From an uncultured Chroococcidiopsis sp. (GTDB lineage: Bacteria; Cyanobacteriota; Cyanobacteriia; Cyanobacteriales; Chroococcidiopsidaceae): 64,000 nt of DNA. The notes below the pieces were generated by a model that saw only the letters and a program-made list of their open reading frames with translations, did not search any database and had not been told where the DNA came from. Shown piece by piece: positions 21,035-32,474 of the stretch. Made by a program: the position numbers and the translations under genes. The DNA is taken from NCBI GenBank assembly GCA_964248365.1, contig CAXTYC010000009.1, forward strand, positions 1-64,000. Direction: 5' to 3'. Each line of letters begins with the position of its first letter. Positions within the stretch are counted from its first letter, which is position 1.

Positions 21035-21637
21035 GAATCGCGCTCTTCCAATTTCGAGTTAATAGCACAGACAAGTTGAGTAACTGGTGGGGCAGAAATC
21101 GCTGTTAAAGATGCCAATGTCAAAAGGCGAAAAATGCTTTTTAAAGCATCCTTTGGAGAATAGGCTACCAATGCTTGCGCATACAACCTTCACGAGAAAG
21201 ATATAATTGTCAATTTATTGAAACAAAAAATCATGCTCAAATTCCCTCTCAAGCTAGTGGTTAGGTGGTTGCCCTCTCGCGGCTGGGTTTCCTCCTTGAG
21301 AACTGGCATTGAGAAGCGAGATTGTAGGGGCTAGAAAAAAGGGAAAAGGGAAAAGGGACAAGGGACAAGGTGACAACAAGGGCAAGGGGGCTAATACCGA
21401 TTTTAGATTGTAGAGACGTGATTGATCGCGCGTCTCGACCAGTAAGAAGGTGAGGCAATTGGGGCGATCGCGCCGCTCAAACAAAATGGTATAAAATATA
21501 CACAACTTGCGATCTAGCCCTCAAGGCTGGCTGGAAAGTGGGCAGGGTAACACAGATATTTTTGGATAGCTAATGCTTTGTTAGCTATTAAGCTGATGTG
21601 CATTCGGCGTTGCACCCTACACATCCTACTACTTGAA

Positions 21638-21958
21638 CTATGAGATTTCAGCTTCTTTGATAGTTTGACGAATATCATCTAGTGGTGATTCTAGTTCATC
21701 AGGACAAAACTCTAAGCGAATTCTAACTTTACCTTTTTGCCAATTAGCACCAGGGCGCAATACTTCAAAACTTACACCTTAATCAAACAATTCTTTCTTA
21801 AGTTTTTCATCGCCTGGTACGTTTGACTTCATTTGTGCTATAAATGCACCTACTTTAAATGTAGTGTCTCTTACTACAAGCCAACCATTACGATCTTTGT
21901 CTACAGACAAGACATCATTATTATTCAAAGAGAATATATTTTCCAGATCAATTTCCAA
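21638..21958 (-). pseudogene. KGK-domain protein pseudogene
   Basis: Hand translation: ..DDVL-like NDVLSV..TTFKV..LFD*GVSFEVLRPGANWQKGKVRIRLEFCPDELESPLDDIRQ. In-frame TAA at 21779-21781. Confidence 0.8.
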
Positions 21959-22041
21959 TATCTAAATTTATAATTCCCAAAAAATAAGTGGTCAATTGCA
22001 AATTTATAGATATTTGGCACTAAAGACGCAGCTAAACAAAC

Positions 22042-22063
22042 AAAACCCGCACAGGCGGGTTTT
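22042..22063. terminator. Hairpin / REP-like palindrome downstream of ccsA
   Basis: AAAACCCGC-ACAG-GCGGGTTTT. Confidence 0.55.
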
Positions 22064-22104
22064 AGTGTTGCACAAATTATTGTATGTGGGCAATGTCAGA
22101 CTAC

Positions 22105-23136
22105 TTAGAAGAACCAACCGTAGGAATGCAGCCCTTTACCCAAGAGATTGACACCTAAGTAGCAAACCCAGACGACGACAAAGCCAGTAGCAGCTAGAAT
22201 AGCAGGACGGCGACCTTGCCAACCACGAGTAATTCGGGCGTGGAGATATGCCGCAAAAACGAGCCAAGTAATTAATGCCCAGGTTTCTTTAGGGTCCCAA
22301 CTCCAGTAGGAACCCCATGCTTCATTCGCCCAAACTGCACCAGCAATGATGCCAATAGTCAGTAGAGGAAATCCTAGCCCAATCATACGGTAACTGATAT
22401 TATCTAGGGTTTCGGCAAGGCTGAGGCGTTGGGGTGAAACTCGTTCTTCGGTGTTTTGGATTGGGGGTGCTGTTACCAAATCAAGGACGGCGGTTTTGGC
22501 GCTGCCGTTGTTTTCAATTACACTTGATACAGATTTCTCGATCGCGTGGGCTGGTGATGGTGGCTGACTGAAGTCTTTAGCGCGGTGTAAGCGGTAGCCA
22601 CTAGTACCTACAGAATTTCCCTGTAGTTCAATCTTCTTACCGCCAGAGACGATCAAAAAGGCGATCGCTAGCAGTGAACCCACCAGCAATGCTGCATAAC
22701 TAACCATCATTACACTAACGTGCATCATTAGCCAGTTAGACTTCAATGCTGGCACTAGAGGGGCTGACGATTGCATATCTGATGGTAAAGTCAAAGCGGC
22801 AAAAGCAGTAATTGCCATTGCTACAGGTGCAGTGAAAACTCCTACTAAGCGGCTACGGCTGTTATTTTCCGCAATCAGATGAACCGTAGTAACTCCCCAA
22901 GCGAGGAAAAACAAAGATTCATACAAATTGCTGATCGGAAAGTAACCAGCTTCTATCCATCTAGCACCTAGCAAAGTAGCGATGCACAGGTTGGCGATCG
23001 CCATACCCCCTGTCCCCAAAGTTGGGAGAAAACCCAGACTGGGAAAAGCCGCACCACCCCAGTAAATCAACATAGTAAGGAATAAGACGAAGAATGAGGC
23101 ATTATCCAGCCAGTTTTGGAGCAAGACCAGATTCAT
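22105..23136 (-). CDS. ccsA: Cytochrome c biogenesis system II permease
   Basis: [16 protein letters not shown] and the WWD motif [24 protein letters not shown]. Confidence 0.96.
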   Translation of the reverse strand: MNLVLLQNWLDNASFFVLFLTMLIYWGGAAFPSLGFLPTLGTGGMAIANLCIATLLGARWIEAGYFPISNLYESLFFLAWGVTTVHLIAENNSRSRLVGVFTAPVAMAITAFAALTLPSDMQSSAPLVPALKSNWLMMHVSVMMVSYAALLVGSLLAIAFLIVSGGKKIELQGNSVGTSGYRLHRAKDFSQPPSPAHAIEKSVSSVIENNGSAKTAVLDLVTAPPIQNTEERVSPQRLSLAETLDNISYRMIGLGFPLLTIGIIAGAVWANEAWGSYWSWDPKETWALITWLVFAAYLHARITRGWQGRRPAILAATGFVVVWVCYLGVNLLGKGLHSYGWFF

Positions 23137-23342
23137 ATAGTAGTGTTCTCCCAAATCGTTTTTTTAAGGAGTAATTGGCGACAGTTTCAATCCTATCTGG
23201 TCTTGTTAATCATTGCTGACATCGAGTATTTAGAAAAGTCGCAACAAAAATTTGCTTAAGATATGCGCTCGTGCGCTCGTGCGAGAGGGTGACTTGGAAA
23301 AGGGGGAGAGGGAGAGAACCCCAATACCTCTTTTGTTAAGGG

Positions 23343-23455
23343 AGCCTTGAACTAAAGTTCGCCGCTCAAAGCAAAAACCTGTTGAAACAGGTTAAAGTTT
23401 TTTGCTGTAAGCTTGAGCTTACTTGAGCTATTAGCCCGAAATTTATTTCAGGGCG
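23343..23455. repeat. MITE/REP-like element with imperfect terminal inverted repeats
   Basis: GCCTTGAACTAAAGTTC...AACCTGTTGAAACAGGTT...GAAATTTATTTCAGGGC; matching ends and an internal hairpin. Confidence 0.6.
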
Positions 23456-23557
23456 TTATCCCTTGAAGTATTGGAGAGAACCCAATCCAAAATCCAAGGT
23501 TCCAAAATCTAAAATCCCCTTTACCCTTTTCCCCTTACCCTTTACCGCAATACCTCT

Positions 23558-25123
23558 TTACCCTTTTTCATTGAGTGGTAGCTCAACGGTAAAGCAGGTC
23601 TGCCCTAATGCACTCTTGACTTGGATGGAGCTGCCCAAATGTTCTACCAGTTTCTGCACCAGTGCTAAGCCTAGCCCCGTCCCGCCTTGCTTCCAAGGGT
23701 CAGCACTGGGAATGCGGTAGAATTTATCAAAAATGCGTGGTAGCTCATCAGTGGGAATTTCGACCCCAGAATTGACCACTGATAAAAGCATTACTTCTTT
23801 TTCTGCACGAGCTAATACTGTAATTGTTTCCCCTGGCGGAGTATATTTACAAGCGTTGTTCAACAGTTCTGCCAGAATGCGTTCCAAACTAGCACAGTCA
23901 GAGACTATCGAGGGAGTATCAGCAGGAATGTCAATTCGCAATGTTTGTTGGCGGTTTTGGCTACGCTCCTTAAACGGCTCTACCAGCTGAAGTAACCAAG
24001 TTTGCAAACGAATAAATTCTTGTCTCAAAGGCTGAACCCCCGCCTCTAGCCGCTGCAAGTCCAGCAAGTTATTAATTAGGTCAATTTCTTTTCCACATTC
24101 CTTATTCAAGATTTGCAGATACCGAGCAATTAAGCTACTGTTATCTAGTTTCGGATGTAAGTTTGTGGTTTGAGATACATTGCTTTGATGGAGGGCGATT
24201 TCTAACATTTGAAGCCCAACTTTGATATTCGCCATCGGAGTACGTAGTTCGTGGGATACCGTACTCAAGAAATCATCTTTGAGATTGTTAAGTCTCTCAA
24301 GTTTTGCCATTTGCGCTTCTAGCTCGTTCGCTCGTGACCGTACCTGCTGGTTTTGAGATTTTTTACTTTCATTGATGTCTCTAAAAACGATGACTACACC
24401 ATTGACGTTTCCTTGGTCATCTTTAATCGGTGCAGCAATGTCATCAATCGGTATTTCTATATTGTCTTTAGAAATCAATACAGTATCATCTATATGAACA
24501 ACAACTGAGTCTTGAAGTACCTGGCTAACAGGATTTTTTAGCAAAGTACGAGAGGGTGAGTTGACCAGTTTAAAAATTTCTGTTATATCTCTATCTAAAG
24601 CATCGTCCTTCCAGCCAGTTAGAGTTTGGGCTATACGATTAAGAAACTTGACGCGACCATTAGCGTCAGTAGCAATTACGCCCTCACCCACACTCTTAAT
24701 AGTTGTAGCCCACCATTTCTCGCTCTCTTTTAATTTCTTTTCCATCTGATATCGATGGAGAGCGGTTTCGATAGTCACGAGTAAGTCTTGCTCTTCAAAT
24801 GGCTTGAGAATATAGCCAAAAGGTCCTATTGTCTTTGCTCGTTGCAAGGTAATGTAATCTGAATGAGCAGTAAGATATACAATAGGAATATTCAAACAAT
24901 TATAGATTTGTTCGGCAGCTTTTACGCCGTCCATTTCTCCCTCTAATTGAATATCCATTAATACTAGCTCGGGCTGTAGCTCTTCTGCTTTTTTGATTGC
25001 TTCAACGCCTGAAGCAGCAAGAGCAGGAACATTATAACCAAAGCTTTGTAAGCTAAGTTTGATGTCACGAGCTACGATACGTTCGTCTTCAACTACTAAG
25101 ATAGAAATATTTTTACTTGCCAT
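23558..25123 (-). CDS. Hybrid sensor kinase (REC-PAS-HisKA-HATPase)
   Basis: VVEDE, LMDI and KPF receiver motifs; SHELRTP; NACKY; GGTGLGL. Confidence 0.93.
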   Translation of the reverse strand: MASKNISILVVEDERIVARDIKLSLQSFGYNVPALAASGVEAIKKAEELQPELVLMDIQLEGEMDGVKAAEQIYNCLNIPIVYLTAHSDYITLQRAKTIGPFGYILKPFEEQDLLVTIETALHRYQMEKKLKESEKWWATTIKSVGEGVIATDANGRVKFLNRIAQTLTGWKDDALDRDITEIFKLVNSPSRTLLKNPVSQVLQDSVVVHIDDTVLISKDNIEIPIDDIAAPIKDDQGNVNGVVIVFRDINESKKSQNQQVRSRANELEAQMAKLERLNNLKDDFLSTVSHELRTPMANIKVGLQMLEIALHQSNVSQTTNLHPKLDNSSLIARYLQILNKECGKEIDLINNLLDLQRLEAGVQPLRQEFIRLQTWLLQLVEPFKERSQNRQQTLRIDIPADTPSIVSDCASLERILAELLNNACKYTPPGETITVLARAEKEVMLLSVVNSGVEIPTDELPRIFDKFYRIPSADPWKQGGTGLGLALVQKLVEHLGSSIQVKSALGQTCFTVELPLNEKG

Positions 25124-25133
25124 TGTCTTTACT

Positions 25134-27503
25134 CTAATTACGTTTTAATTGTGTAAAAGTAATAATAAACTCTGTTCCCGATTGGCTCTGTAGCTCAATT
25201 GTTGCCCCTAACTGTTCTACAAAGCTATCCACTAGCTGTAAACCCAGTGAATCTGTGTTTCTAAAATCCAAATCAGGCGGAAAGCCTACACCATTATCCT
25301 TGATAATTAAACTGAATTTATCTTGAGTATTTCCTTTAAAGTTGAGCCAAATCTTTGCATTTTTTTGCTGATTTACAAAAGCATATTTTAAGGAATTTGA
25401 CACTAATTCATTGATAATCAATCCACAATTAATTGCGGTATCAATGTTTAAGTTAACATCGATGTCTAGGTAATATTTAATATTTTTTGAAGTGCCATAG
25501 GAATGCAATAAATTAGATACCAAGCTGCGGACGTATTCATGAAAATTAATTTCTCCTAAATTGTTAGATTGATACAATTTTTCATGGATGAGCGCCATTG
25601 ATTTAATGCGGTGCTGACTTTCCTTAAACATGGCTTGAATTTGTTTATCCTTGGTAAATCTGGATTGAAGACGTAGAAGACTCTCAATCACTTGTAGGTT
25701 GTTTTTAACTCGATGGTGAATTTCTTTTAGTAGCACCTCTTTCTCTCGCAAGGAGGATTTAATCTGTTCGTCTGCCTGCTTGCGATCGCTAATGTCCTGA
25801 GCAGTACCCAACGTGCCTATAACGCGCCCTTGTTCATCGTGCAAGGGAATTTTGTTGGTTTCCAGCCAGATTACCCTGCCGTCTTGCTGTCTGGCGGGTT
25901 CAACGATGCCGTACTCTGCTTTGTTTTGAGCCATCACGCGGGCATCGACTAAACGGAAAAAATCAGCTTCCTCTTTTGTCCAAAAATCATAGTCAGTCTT
26001 ACCGATTAAGTTTTCTGGAGTTTCCACCCTTGCCATTTGAGCAAAATTGCGGTTGCAGCCCAAGAATTTAGAATCGCGGTCTTTCCACCAAATAGACTGG
26101 GGGATAAGATCCATGACTAGTTGCAACATTTTCTGCGATCGCTCTCGCTCCTCACTCACTTGTTGCAGTGCCGACTTTGCTAGCTTGCGCTCCCGCCACA
26201 ATGAGATAGCCCCGACAGCCGCGCTCAAAAGGTCTATTTCTGATGACTCCCACCTTCGTGCTTCAACACAGTTGTCAAAGCCAATTACACCAAAGAACTC
26301 TCCATTAACAATCAAAGGTAAAATCAAGATCGACAAAACGCCTTGCGGCTGCAAAATTAGAAACTCCTCTGGTGGGAATTCGGCAATTGTGGCAGCAACT
26401 TTTTCACCCCGCGCCAAAACCTTAGACCATTGGGGAAAGAAATCATGAGGGAGGTTCTGAAGCATCGAGCTATCAATTTTGGGGTGGATACCTTCAGCAC
26501 ACCATTCGGCACGTTGACTTGTCAGCAAACAACCCAAGGCATCTCGGTGGTGTTCAAACAAGTGAACGCGACTTGCACCTGATACACGTCCTAACAGAGC
26601 CAGAATTTCTGTAATCTTTGTGTTATAGTTTCTTTCACAGTCAAAAGGCAACAAGCGGTGCTGAATTTCTACCAGCGTCCCCAAATAACTTTGACGCTTG
26701 GCTAATAATGCTTCTGTTCGCTTGCGTTGGGTGATGTTGCGACCAACATAGATAAAATCATGTTCGGCTCCAGGTTTCGTCTGAATGACTGAGCAGGAAA
26801 AGGCAACTGTAATTTCTTCTCCAGATTTGGTACGACAAACGAGTTCTACATCATTCCATAAATCCCCTTGAAATAAGGTTGGCAAGTTAATGTTTTGTGG
26901 TAATAATTTCGGCTCCCGAATCAATTTAGCCGTTGATTGACAAATTAATTCTGCTTCGCTATATCGAAATAATTCAAGAGTAGCGCGATTGACTGTTTTT
27001 ATATATCCTGATGCCGTTGATACGATTAAGGCATCTGCCATATAGGTAATAACTTTATCAATGTAAGCTTGGGAAACAGCTAAGGTACAAGATAATAAGT
27101 CGGCTTCGTGTGCTTTGTGCATCAAGCTTTGCTCTAATACCATCTTCTCTGTTACATCTTCAAACAAAATAAACAAGTTGTTTTCTACAAGTTCATCAGG
27201 GTTTGCGATCGCATAAATATCTATATACAGAGGCGGTTCAAAAGCGGAAAACCGCGCAATACCTTTTAATTCAAATCGCTCTTGCTGTCCTTGCAGGATG
27301 TCAATTAAGATATTTTCCATTCCGATCAATTCAGGAAAGCCAAGACGGACATCTTTTTTTTGTATTACTTCATCAGGATAGTGGGCAAACCGTTGGACTC
27401 CTTTTGATGTATCTATAATGTTGAAGTCTCGATCCAGTTTTAAATACTCCAGCCGTCGTAAACCTGAGCCATTAAAAATTTGCTCAATCAGGCAATTGTT
27501 CAT
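25134..27503 (-). CDS. PAS/GAF/PAS HisKA_2-type sensor histidine kinase
   Basis: EIHHRVKNNLQ, NELVSNSLKYAF, DNGVG, SLGLQLV; GAF motif EWCAEGI..GFDNC. Confidence 0.93.
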   Translation of the reverse strand: MNNCLIEQIFNGSGLRRLEYLKLDRDFNIIDTSKGVQRFAHYPDEVIQKKDVRLGFPELIGMENILIDILQGQQERFELKGIARFSAFEPPLYIDIYAIANPDELVENNLFILFEDVTEKMVLEQSLMHKAHEADLLSCTLAVSQAYIDKVITYMADALIVSTASGYIKTVNRATLELFRYSEAELICQSTAKLIREPKLLPQNINLPTLFQGDLWNDVELVCRTKSGEEITVAFSCSVIQTKPGAEHDFIYVGRNITQRKRTEALLAKRQSYLGTLVEIQHRLLPFDCERNYNTKITEILALLGRVSGASRVHLFEHHRDALGCLLTSQRAEWCAEGIHPKIDSSMLQNLPHDFFPQWSKVLARGEKVAATIAEFPPEEFLILQPQGVLSILILPLIVNGEFFGVIGFDNCVEARRWESSEIDLLSAAVGAISLWRERKLAKSALQQVSEERERSQKMLQLVMDLIPQSIWWKDRDSKFLGCNRNFAQMARVETPENLIGKTDYDFWTKEEADFFRLVDARVMAQNKAEYGIVEPARQQDGRVIWLETNKIPLHDEQGRVIGTLGTAQDISDRKQADEQIKSSLREKEVLLKEIHHRVKNNLQVIESLLRLQSRFTKDKQIQAMFKESQHRIKSMALIHEKLYQSNNLGEINFHEYVRSLVSNLLHSYGTSKNIKYYLDIDVNLNIDTAINCGLIINELVSNSLKYAFVNQQKNAKIWLNFKGNTQDKFSLIIKDNGVGFPPDLDFRNTDSLGLQLVDSFVEQLGATIELQSQSGTEFIITFTQLKRN

Positions 27504-27538
27504 AAAGCGGGATATCTTGTAGTAGTGGGTTTGACGAA

Positions 27539-27602
27539 GTAGGGGCGCACTTTACATAAGATACTTGTTGAAGTTAAATATTTTCGTCTAAAGCGCTCCT
27601 AC
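27539..27602. repeat. GTAGGGGCG..CCTAC REP-like element (similar copies at 27904-27967 and ~56536-56597)
   Basis: About 64-bp unit bounded by imperfect inverted repeats. Confidence 0.6.
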
Positions 27603-27642
27603 TCGTTTTCACAGCGATGCTGTGGAAACGAAATAGGGGAGG

Positions 27643-27887
27643 TTATAAAGCCCTTTGTAGTACTAATTGCTGATTTACTATACGATTGCCATTAGAGGCA
27701 CTATGACCGATTATCCTAAGATGCTTTTTTTGGATATCGATTTAGAAACTGCTTGATAGGAATAATTTTGAAATCTATATCTGCACTCATTTAACTTAGC
27801 TTTCCCCGTATCAAAGTAGAATCGAATTGCAAGCAGTGACTTTAGTTTTACAGTGTTGCTAACAGAATACACAAAAGGAATCACCTG
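27643..27887 (-). pseudogene. OmpA-family (BON/OmpA C-terminal) gene remnant
   Basis: Hand translation: VIPFVYSVSNTVKL..IRFYFDTGKAKLN /frameshift/ SADIDFKIIPIKQFLNRYPKKHLRIIGHSASNGNRIVNQQLVLQRAL*. Confidence 0.7.
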
Positions 27888-27967
27888 AAATATGCAGGTA
27901 TAGGTAGGGGTGGGTTTAATTAAGATATTTGTCGAGAAATAAATATCTCTGTAAAGTGCGCCCCTAC

Positions 27968-28228
27968 CTTACTTTCTTGAGCAAAATTTAAGCTGATAGA
28001 CTTGATTTTCTTTTCTAAGGAATCAATTGCTGTACGTATATCTGTTGAAATATCAGTTTTAACTCACTCAAGGCGATCGCGCCTTTCTTGTTGCAAAAGC
28101 GATATTTCACACTCTATCTACTCGATTCTGCTATCATATTCTCTGCTGCTTATATCCGAAAACAATGTCACGAGTTTGAGCGAGTTTCCCAACCTTTCAC
28201 GCATTTCTTTTTTGCTGATTTCACCCAT
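27968..28228 (-). pseudogene. Coiled-coil protein remnant (MGEISKKEMRERLGN..RDIVFG type)
   Basis: ATG at 28228; compensating frameshifts and two in-frame stops; heptad-rich ..ISLLQQERRDRLE*VKTDISTDIRTAIDSLEKKIKS; truncated at the REP-like element. Confidence 0.65.
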
Positions 28229-28496
28229 AGTTACACCCCTAATTTATGGCAATTGAAATATTGTCAGTATGCCACCCTTGCCCACTCCTTTTGATAATGG
28301 TGGGCTATAAATTTCACTAGTGGTATTTGATTAAATATATAGCTTAAGACAGATGACTTTTTAATAGTTCAGCAATTTTACTGAACTATTCCAACGGTAT
28401 ATATAAGAGCGAACCGTTGTTCGCCCTTGGTAGAAAAGAAAAGTAGTAGATGTTAGGTAGCTTTCTTTACTCCCAAGGGCGTTGCTTGAAACGCTC

Positions 28497-30194
28497 CTAC
28501 TTTGTATTGTCTACTTGCTTGAGTGCAAAGAAAATGTCGTAGCGGATACTGCGATCGTCACTGACAGCAGATGTCACACCAATCGAGCGTGTGGCATCAA
28601 ATAACATTTTTTGATTAGGGAAAAATTGTGGTAGGGGCAAAGCTTTAACCCCGTTTTCCACATTCAGGAAGAACTGACCATTAGTAGGATGGAGTTCTGA
28701 TGGTACAGTTTTTTGAAATTGTGCAGTACTGGCTAGAGATGACGCAGGTTGGGGGATAATGCGATCGGCGACAGGTGCGCCCAGGGCTAAGAAAGCTACA
28801 TTCCCGTCTAACCAACCATGAGTGGCTGTCACTGTTCCATAAGGCGCAATCCAGTTGACAACTGGTTGATCTTTCACCTGTGTCTCTTCAATCTTGAACT
28901 GGTAGCGACTACGCATCACTTGATCTAGCAGCCCAAAAGATTGTTCAGCTTTGGTGCGATTGTTGGTTTTTACCATCAATACCAAAGAAAGGGCGAAATC
29001 TTGAGAGTTAGCTGTTGCAGCAGATGGAATCACAGATAATGCAAACTCACCGCCCATCCAACTGAGCAAATCTTGATCTAGATCCTGCCCTGTAATAGAT
29101 TTAACACCCCTTCTTAACTCGTCTGGGCGAAGCGGTGCGAGAGGATTTGATTGTGCATCCTGAACATAATCTTGCCAGGTTTGCTGCAAGTTTCCCCCTG
29201 ATAGCATCATTAATGTCTGTGCTGGTAAGAGACTTTGCATACTACCTGCTTTGTTTTCTATCTGATATACCCGCTGACTATCTGGCTTTAGCCAGGAAAT
29301 ACTTTTCATGCGTATTCCCTCTGGCTCTAAGTTGACTGTTGCGGCTAAACCTTGATTATTTTGAAGTTGAGCCAAGCCTTGGGGAGAAAAAGAGCGCGTT
29401 GGGTTGGCTGCGGCTACTCTGGCAGCTGCGGGAACATTAATATAAACTTCGGCAAAGCGTCCAGGTGTGGCAATTTGACTTAGTGCTTTTGTATAACCTA
29501 CTGTTTGCGCGAGGGAGGCTACCCCGCCTTGGTAGGTATCGATCGCTTTTTCGGTTGCTCTGGGATTATCAGTTACTACTAGGAAACGTTGATCCACAAG
29601 GGCGGCTGAGTAATTTTGTGTGGGTGAGCCTTGTATTTCTCTAATTTCCAAACCCTTGTAGTTACGTTCGTTCCATTTACCTTGTTTGAGTGGCTTGGGC
29701 TGTTCTAATAATTGTTTGGCAGATGCTGGATTTTCTATAGGTAGCACCATTACTATAGATTGTTTATCGGCAGCATTTGCTGGGGGATTAGGCTGGGGGG
29801 AGGCTGGTGGTTGAGGCGTGCCGTTCTGAGGTACGGTTGTAGGTGGTAGTAAAGCGATGGTTACTTCTTTTCCTACCCAAGGTTTGATGTCTTGCTGGTA
29901 GTTATAGCCATTGGCACTTAGGAAGCGATCGCGCAATTGAGCTAGATTCTTCTCTAGCTCAGCTTGGGTTTGCTGTGTCCCATATTGCCGCAATTGCTGC
30001 CATTGCCGATCATCAGTAGAAACAGATAGAGCGATTAGTGCATCTTGGGGAATAATATTAGCTCCCACTGGCAGATCTTCAGAGCCGCCACCATTGCGGT
30101 GGAGTAGAAACCAGTAAGCAGCAGCTCCTCCACCAATTAATAAACCAGCAGCTCCCAAAGTCAGCAGAAGGGAAGATTTACGTTTTTCAGGCAT
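28497..30194 (-). CDS. DUF3352 domain membrane-anchored protein
   Basis: N-terminal TM GGGAAAYW, GANIIPQDA, DIKPWVGKEV, DLLSWMGGEFAL. Confidence 0.85.
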   Translation of the reverse strand: MPEKRKSSLLLTLGAAGLLIGGGAAAYWFLLHRNGGGSEDLPVGANIIPQDALIALSVSTDDRQWQQLRQYGTQQTQAELEKNLAQLRDRFLSANGYNYQQDIKPWVGKEVTIALLPPTTVPQNGTPQPPASPQPNPPANAADKQSIVMVLPIENPASAKQLLEQPKPLKQGKWNERNYKGLEIREIQGSPTQNYSAALVDQRFLVVTDNPRATEKAIDTYQGGVASLAQTVGYTKALSQIATPGRFAEVYINVPAAARVAAANPTRSFSPQGLAQLQNNQGLAATVNLEPEGIRMKSISWLKPDSQRVYQIENKAGSMQSLLPAQTLMMLSGGNLQQTWQDYVQDAQSNPLAPLRPDELRRGVKSITGQDLDQDLLSWMGGEFALSVIPSAATANSQDFALSLVLMVKTNNRTKAEQSFGLLDQVMRSRYQFKIEETQVKDQPVVNWIAPYGTVTATHGWLDGNVAFLALGAPVADRIIPQPASSLASTAQFQKTVPSELHPTNGQFFLNVENGVKALPLPQFFPNQKMLFDATRSIGVTSAVSDDRSIRYDIFFALKQVDNTK

Positions 30195-30319
30195 TGGTTA
30201 GAAGACAAGGGGTGTCTTAAAAGTTAAAAACAAGCGATCGCGTCTCGATTACAGTCTAGTCTCTAGATCGAGAACAAAGGAGATTGAGCAAATTCCAACA
30301 CCCCTGCCAAAAGCCCTAA

Positions 30320-31126
30320 TTAGCCAAAACGACCGCTAACATATTCTTGGGTAGCTTGCTGTTGGGGGCTTTGGAAAATATTCTCGGTTCTGTCGTACTC
30401 GACCAAGTATCCCATTCTACCGCCTTTTTCTGTCGGTTCGACATTAAAAAACGCTGTCATGTCAGACACCCGCGAAGCTTGTTGCATATTGTGGGTGACG
30501 ATAATGATCGTGTATTGCTCTTTAAGTTCGTTCAGCAAGTCTTCAACCCGCAGGGTAGAAATGGGATCGAGAGCTGAACAGGGTTCGTCCATTAAAATGA
30601 CTTCAGGTTGGGTAGCGATCGCCCTGGCAATACACAAACGCTGTTGTTGTCCCCCTGATAGAGAAAAACCACTTTCCCTGAGTTTATCTTTGACTTCATC
30701 CCACAACGCCGCTTGTCGTAGCGATCGCTCTACTAATTCATCCATATCTCCTTTGAAGCCATTAATCCTCGGTCCAAAGGTAACGTTGTCATATATTGAT
30801 TTAGGGAATGGATTTGGTCTTTGAAACACCATCCCTATCCGCCGCCGCACTTCGACCGGATCAATATCTGAGGCGTAAAGATCTTGACCGTAGTAACGCA
30901 CCTTTCCTTCTGCCCGAAAGCTTTTGATTAGGTCATTCAGGCGATTGTAGCACCGGAGCAATGTACTTTTACCACATCCAGAAGGACCAATAAATGCTGT
31001 AATTTTGTTTTTGGGAATATCGATATTGATATTCTTGAGAGCAAGAAAATTGCCGTAGTACACATTTAGGTTTTCTGTCTGGAAAACGGTTTCAGTTTGT
31101 CTAGCGGCGCGAGTTTCAGAACGCAT
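30320..31126 (-). CDS. pstB: Phosphate ABC transporter ATPase
   Basis: [38 protein letters not shown]. Confidence 0.96.
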   Translation of the reverse strand: MRSETRAARQTETVFQTENLNVYYGNFLALKNINIDIPKNKITAFIGPSGCGKSTLLRCYNRLNDLIKSFRAEGKVRYYGQDLYASDIDPVEVRRRIGMVFQRPNPFPKSIYDNVTFGPRINGFKGDMDELVERSLRQAALWDEVKDKLRESGFSLSGGQQQRLCIARAIATQPEVILMDEPCSALDPISTLRVEDLLNELKEQYTIIIVTHNMQQASRVSDMTAFFNVEPTEKGGRMGYLVEYDRTENIFQSPQQQATQEYVSGRFG

Positions 31127-31425
31127 AAAAAGTTTGGTGAAGGTTAAAGGCAACAATCAGTAGGCACTTAGGTATTTCTCTTCAACAGCTATAAAACAAT
31201 AGCTATTTCAACTTAGGAACTAATAGCACAAACTTTCATCTCGGTTACAAATGCAATCAACTTCAGAGCTATTGCTATCAACTAAACATCTAATTTCTGT
31301 CACCAGGAGGATGTTTTATTTTTCTTCTGAAACATTTATTTGATGTTTATTGTAACCTTCCATACTAAATTTTACTCTAATTTGTGTATGACAAGGCGAT
31401 CGCCGATTGCGAAAGGTGTACTTGC

Positions 31426-32346
31426 TTAATAAACTCTGCGAGCTGTTGCTAAACGGGCAATCATACTTGTGATCAGCACTAGAAAAACTAGGATGAAGGA
31501 AGCTGCCCAAGCAAGCTCCTGCTGATTTTTAAATGGAACTGTAGCGAAGTTGTATACTAGGACTGCTAAGGAAGCAGTAGGCTCAAATAAGCGACTATTC
31601 CAGTTGGGCCAGAACTGGGTAAACAAAGCTGTAAATAGTAAAGGCGCAGTTTCTCCAGCAGCACGGGCGATCGCCAAAGTTGTACCTGTGATAATTGCTG
31701 GTAGTGCCGCTGGCAATACTACCTTAAATACAGTTTGAAAATCAGTCGCACCTAGTCCCACAGATGCTTGCCGTAGTTCATTTGGCACTAGTTGCAGCGC
31801 TTCGTCTGTAGTGCGGACAATAATCGGTAACATCAGAATTGCTAGGGCAAAACCTCCAGCCCAAGCTGAATAAGTTGGCTTCTCAAGTAGAAAGTTTGAC
31901 AGACGAAGTACAATTGCTGCATAAGCAAATACACCTACAATGATCGAAGGAACACCACTCAGAACATTAGTAGCAAAGCGAGTCCACTTGGCAACTTGTC
32001 CTGAACTAAACTCAGTTAAATAAATCGCTGCTAAAATTCCAAACGGAATACTAATTAGCGCTCCAATTCCTACCATAATAAGAGTGCCTAGAATCGCATT
32101 ACCAAAGCCTCCACCTGGAACCATCGGCGGTGGTGGTAACTCTTGAAATACGCTCAGATTGATTCGGCTAGCACCTTGAACAATGACATAAAACAGAACT
32201 GCCAGTAATGGCAATAAAGCAAGAGCAACACAAGCAAATACTAACCCGTTCATCGCTAGCCCAAATACATTTCGCCTAGATGTGGGCGATCGCTTGAGAC
32301 TACTAACCGGTGGAGAAGGATTTTGATTCTGATAGTTCGTTGCCAT
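31426..32346 (-). CDS. pstA: Phosphate ABC transporter permease
   Basis: GVPSII and ARAAGETAPLLFT. Start placed at MATNY; the longer ORF runs through STRR sequence. Confidence 0.93.
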   Translation of the reverse strand: MATNYQNQNPSPPVSSLKRSPTSRRNVFGLAMNGLVFACVALALLPLLAVLFYVIVQGASRINLSVFQELPPPPMVPGGGFGNAILGTLIMVGIGALISIPFGILAAIYLTEFSSGQVAKWTRFATNVLSGVPSIIVGVFAYAAIVLRLSNFLLEKPTYSAWAGGFALAILMLPIIVRTTDEALQLVPNELRQASVGLGATDFQTVFKVVLPAALPAIITGTTLAIARAAGETAPLLFTALFTQFWPNWNSRLFEPTASLAVLVYNFATVPFKNQQELAWAASFILVFLVLITSMIARLATARRVY

Positions 32347-32474
32347 ATAGAATAATTGGTAATTGGTAATTGGTGAAAGGGGAAAAGGGAAAAGGGAAAA
32401 GGTAATTCCGAATGCGCGACTTCCCCCTCTCCCTCTTCCTCTAGCCACTGGTTCCACTAGTTCCACTGGTTCCA

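Noticed and set aside
28002..28294. Two plus-strand ORFs (84 and 68 aa)
   Set aside because: They are antisense to the decayed coiled-coil gene on the minus strand.
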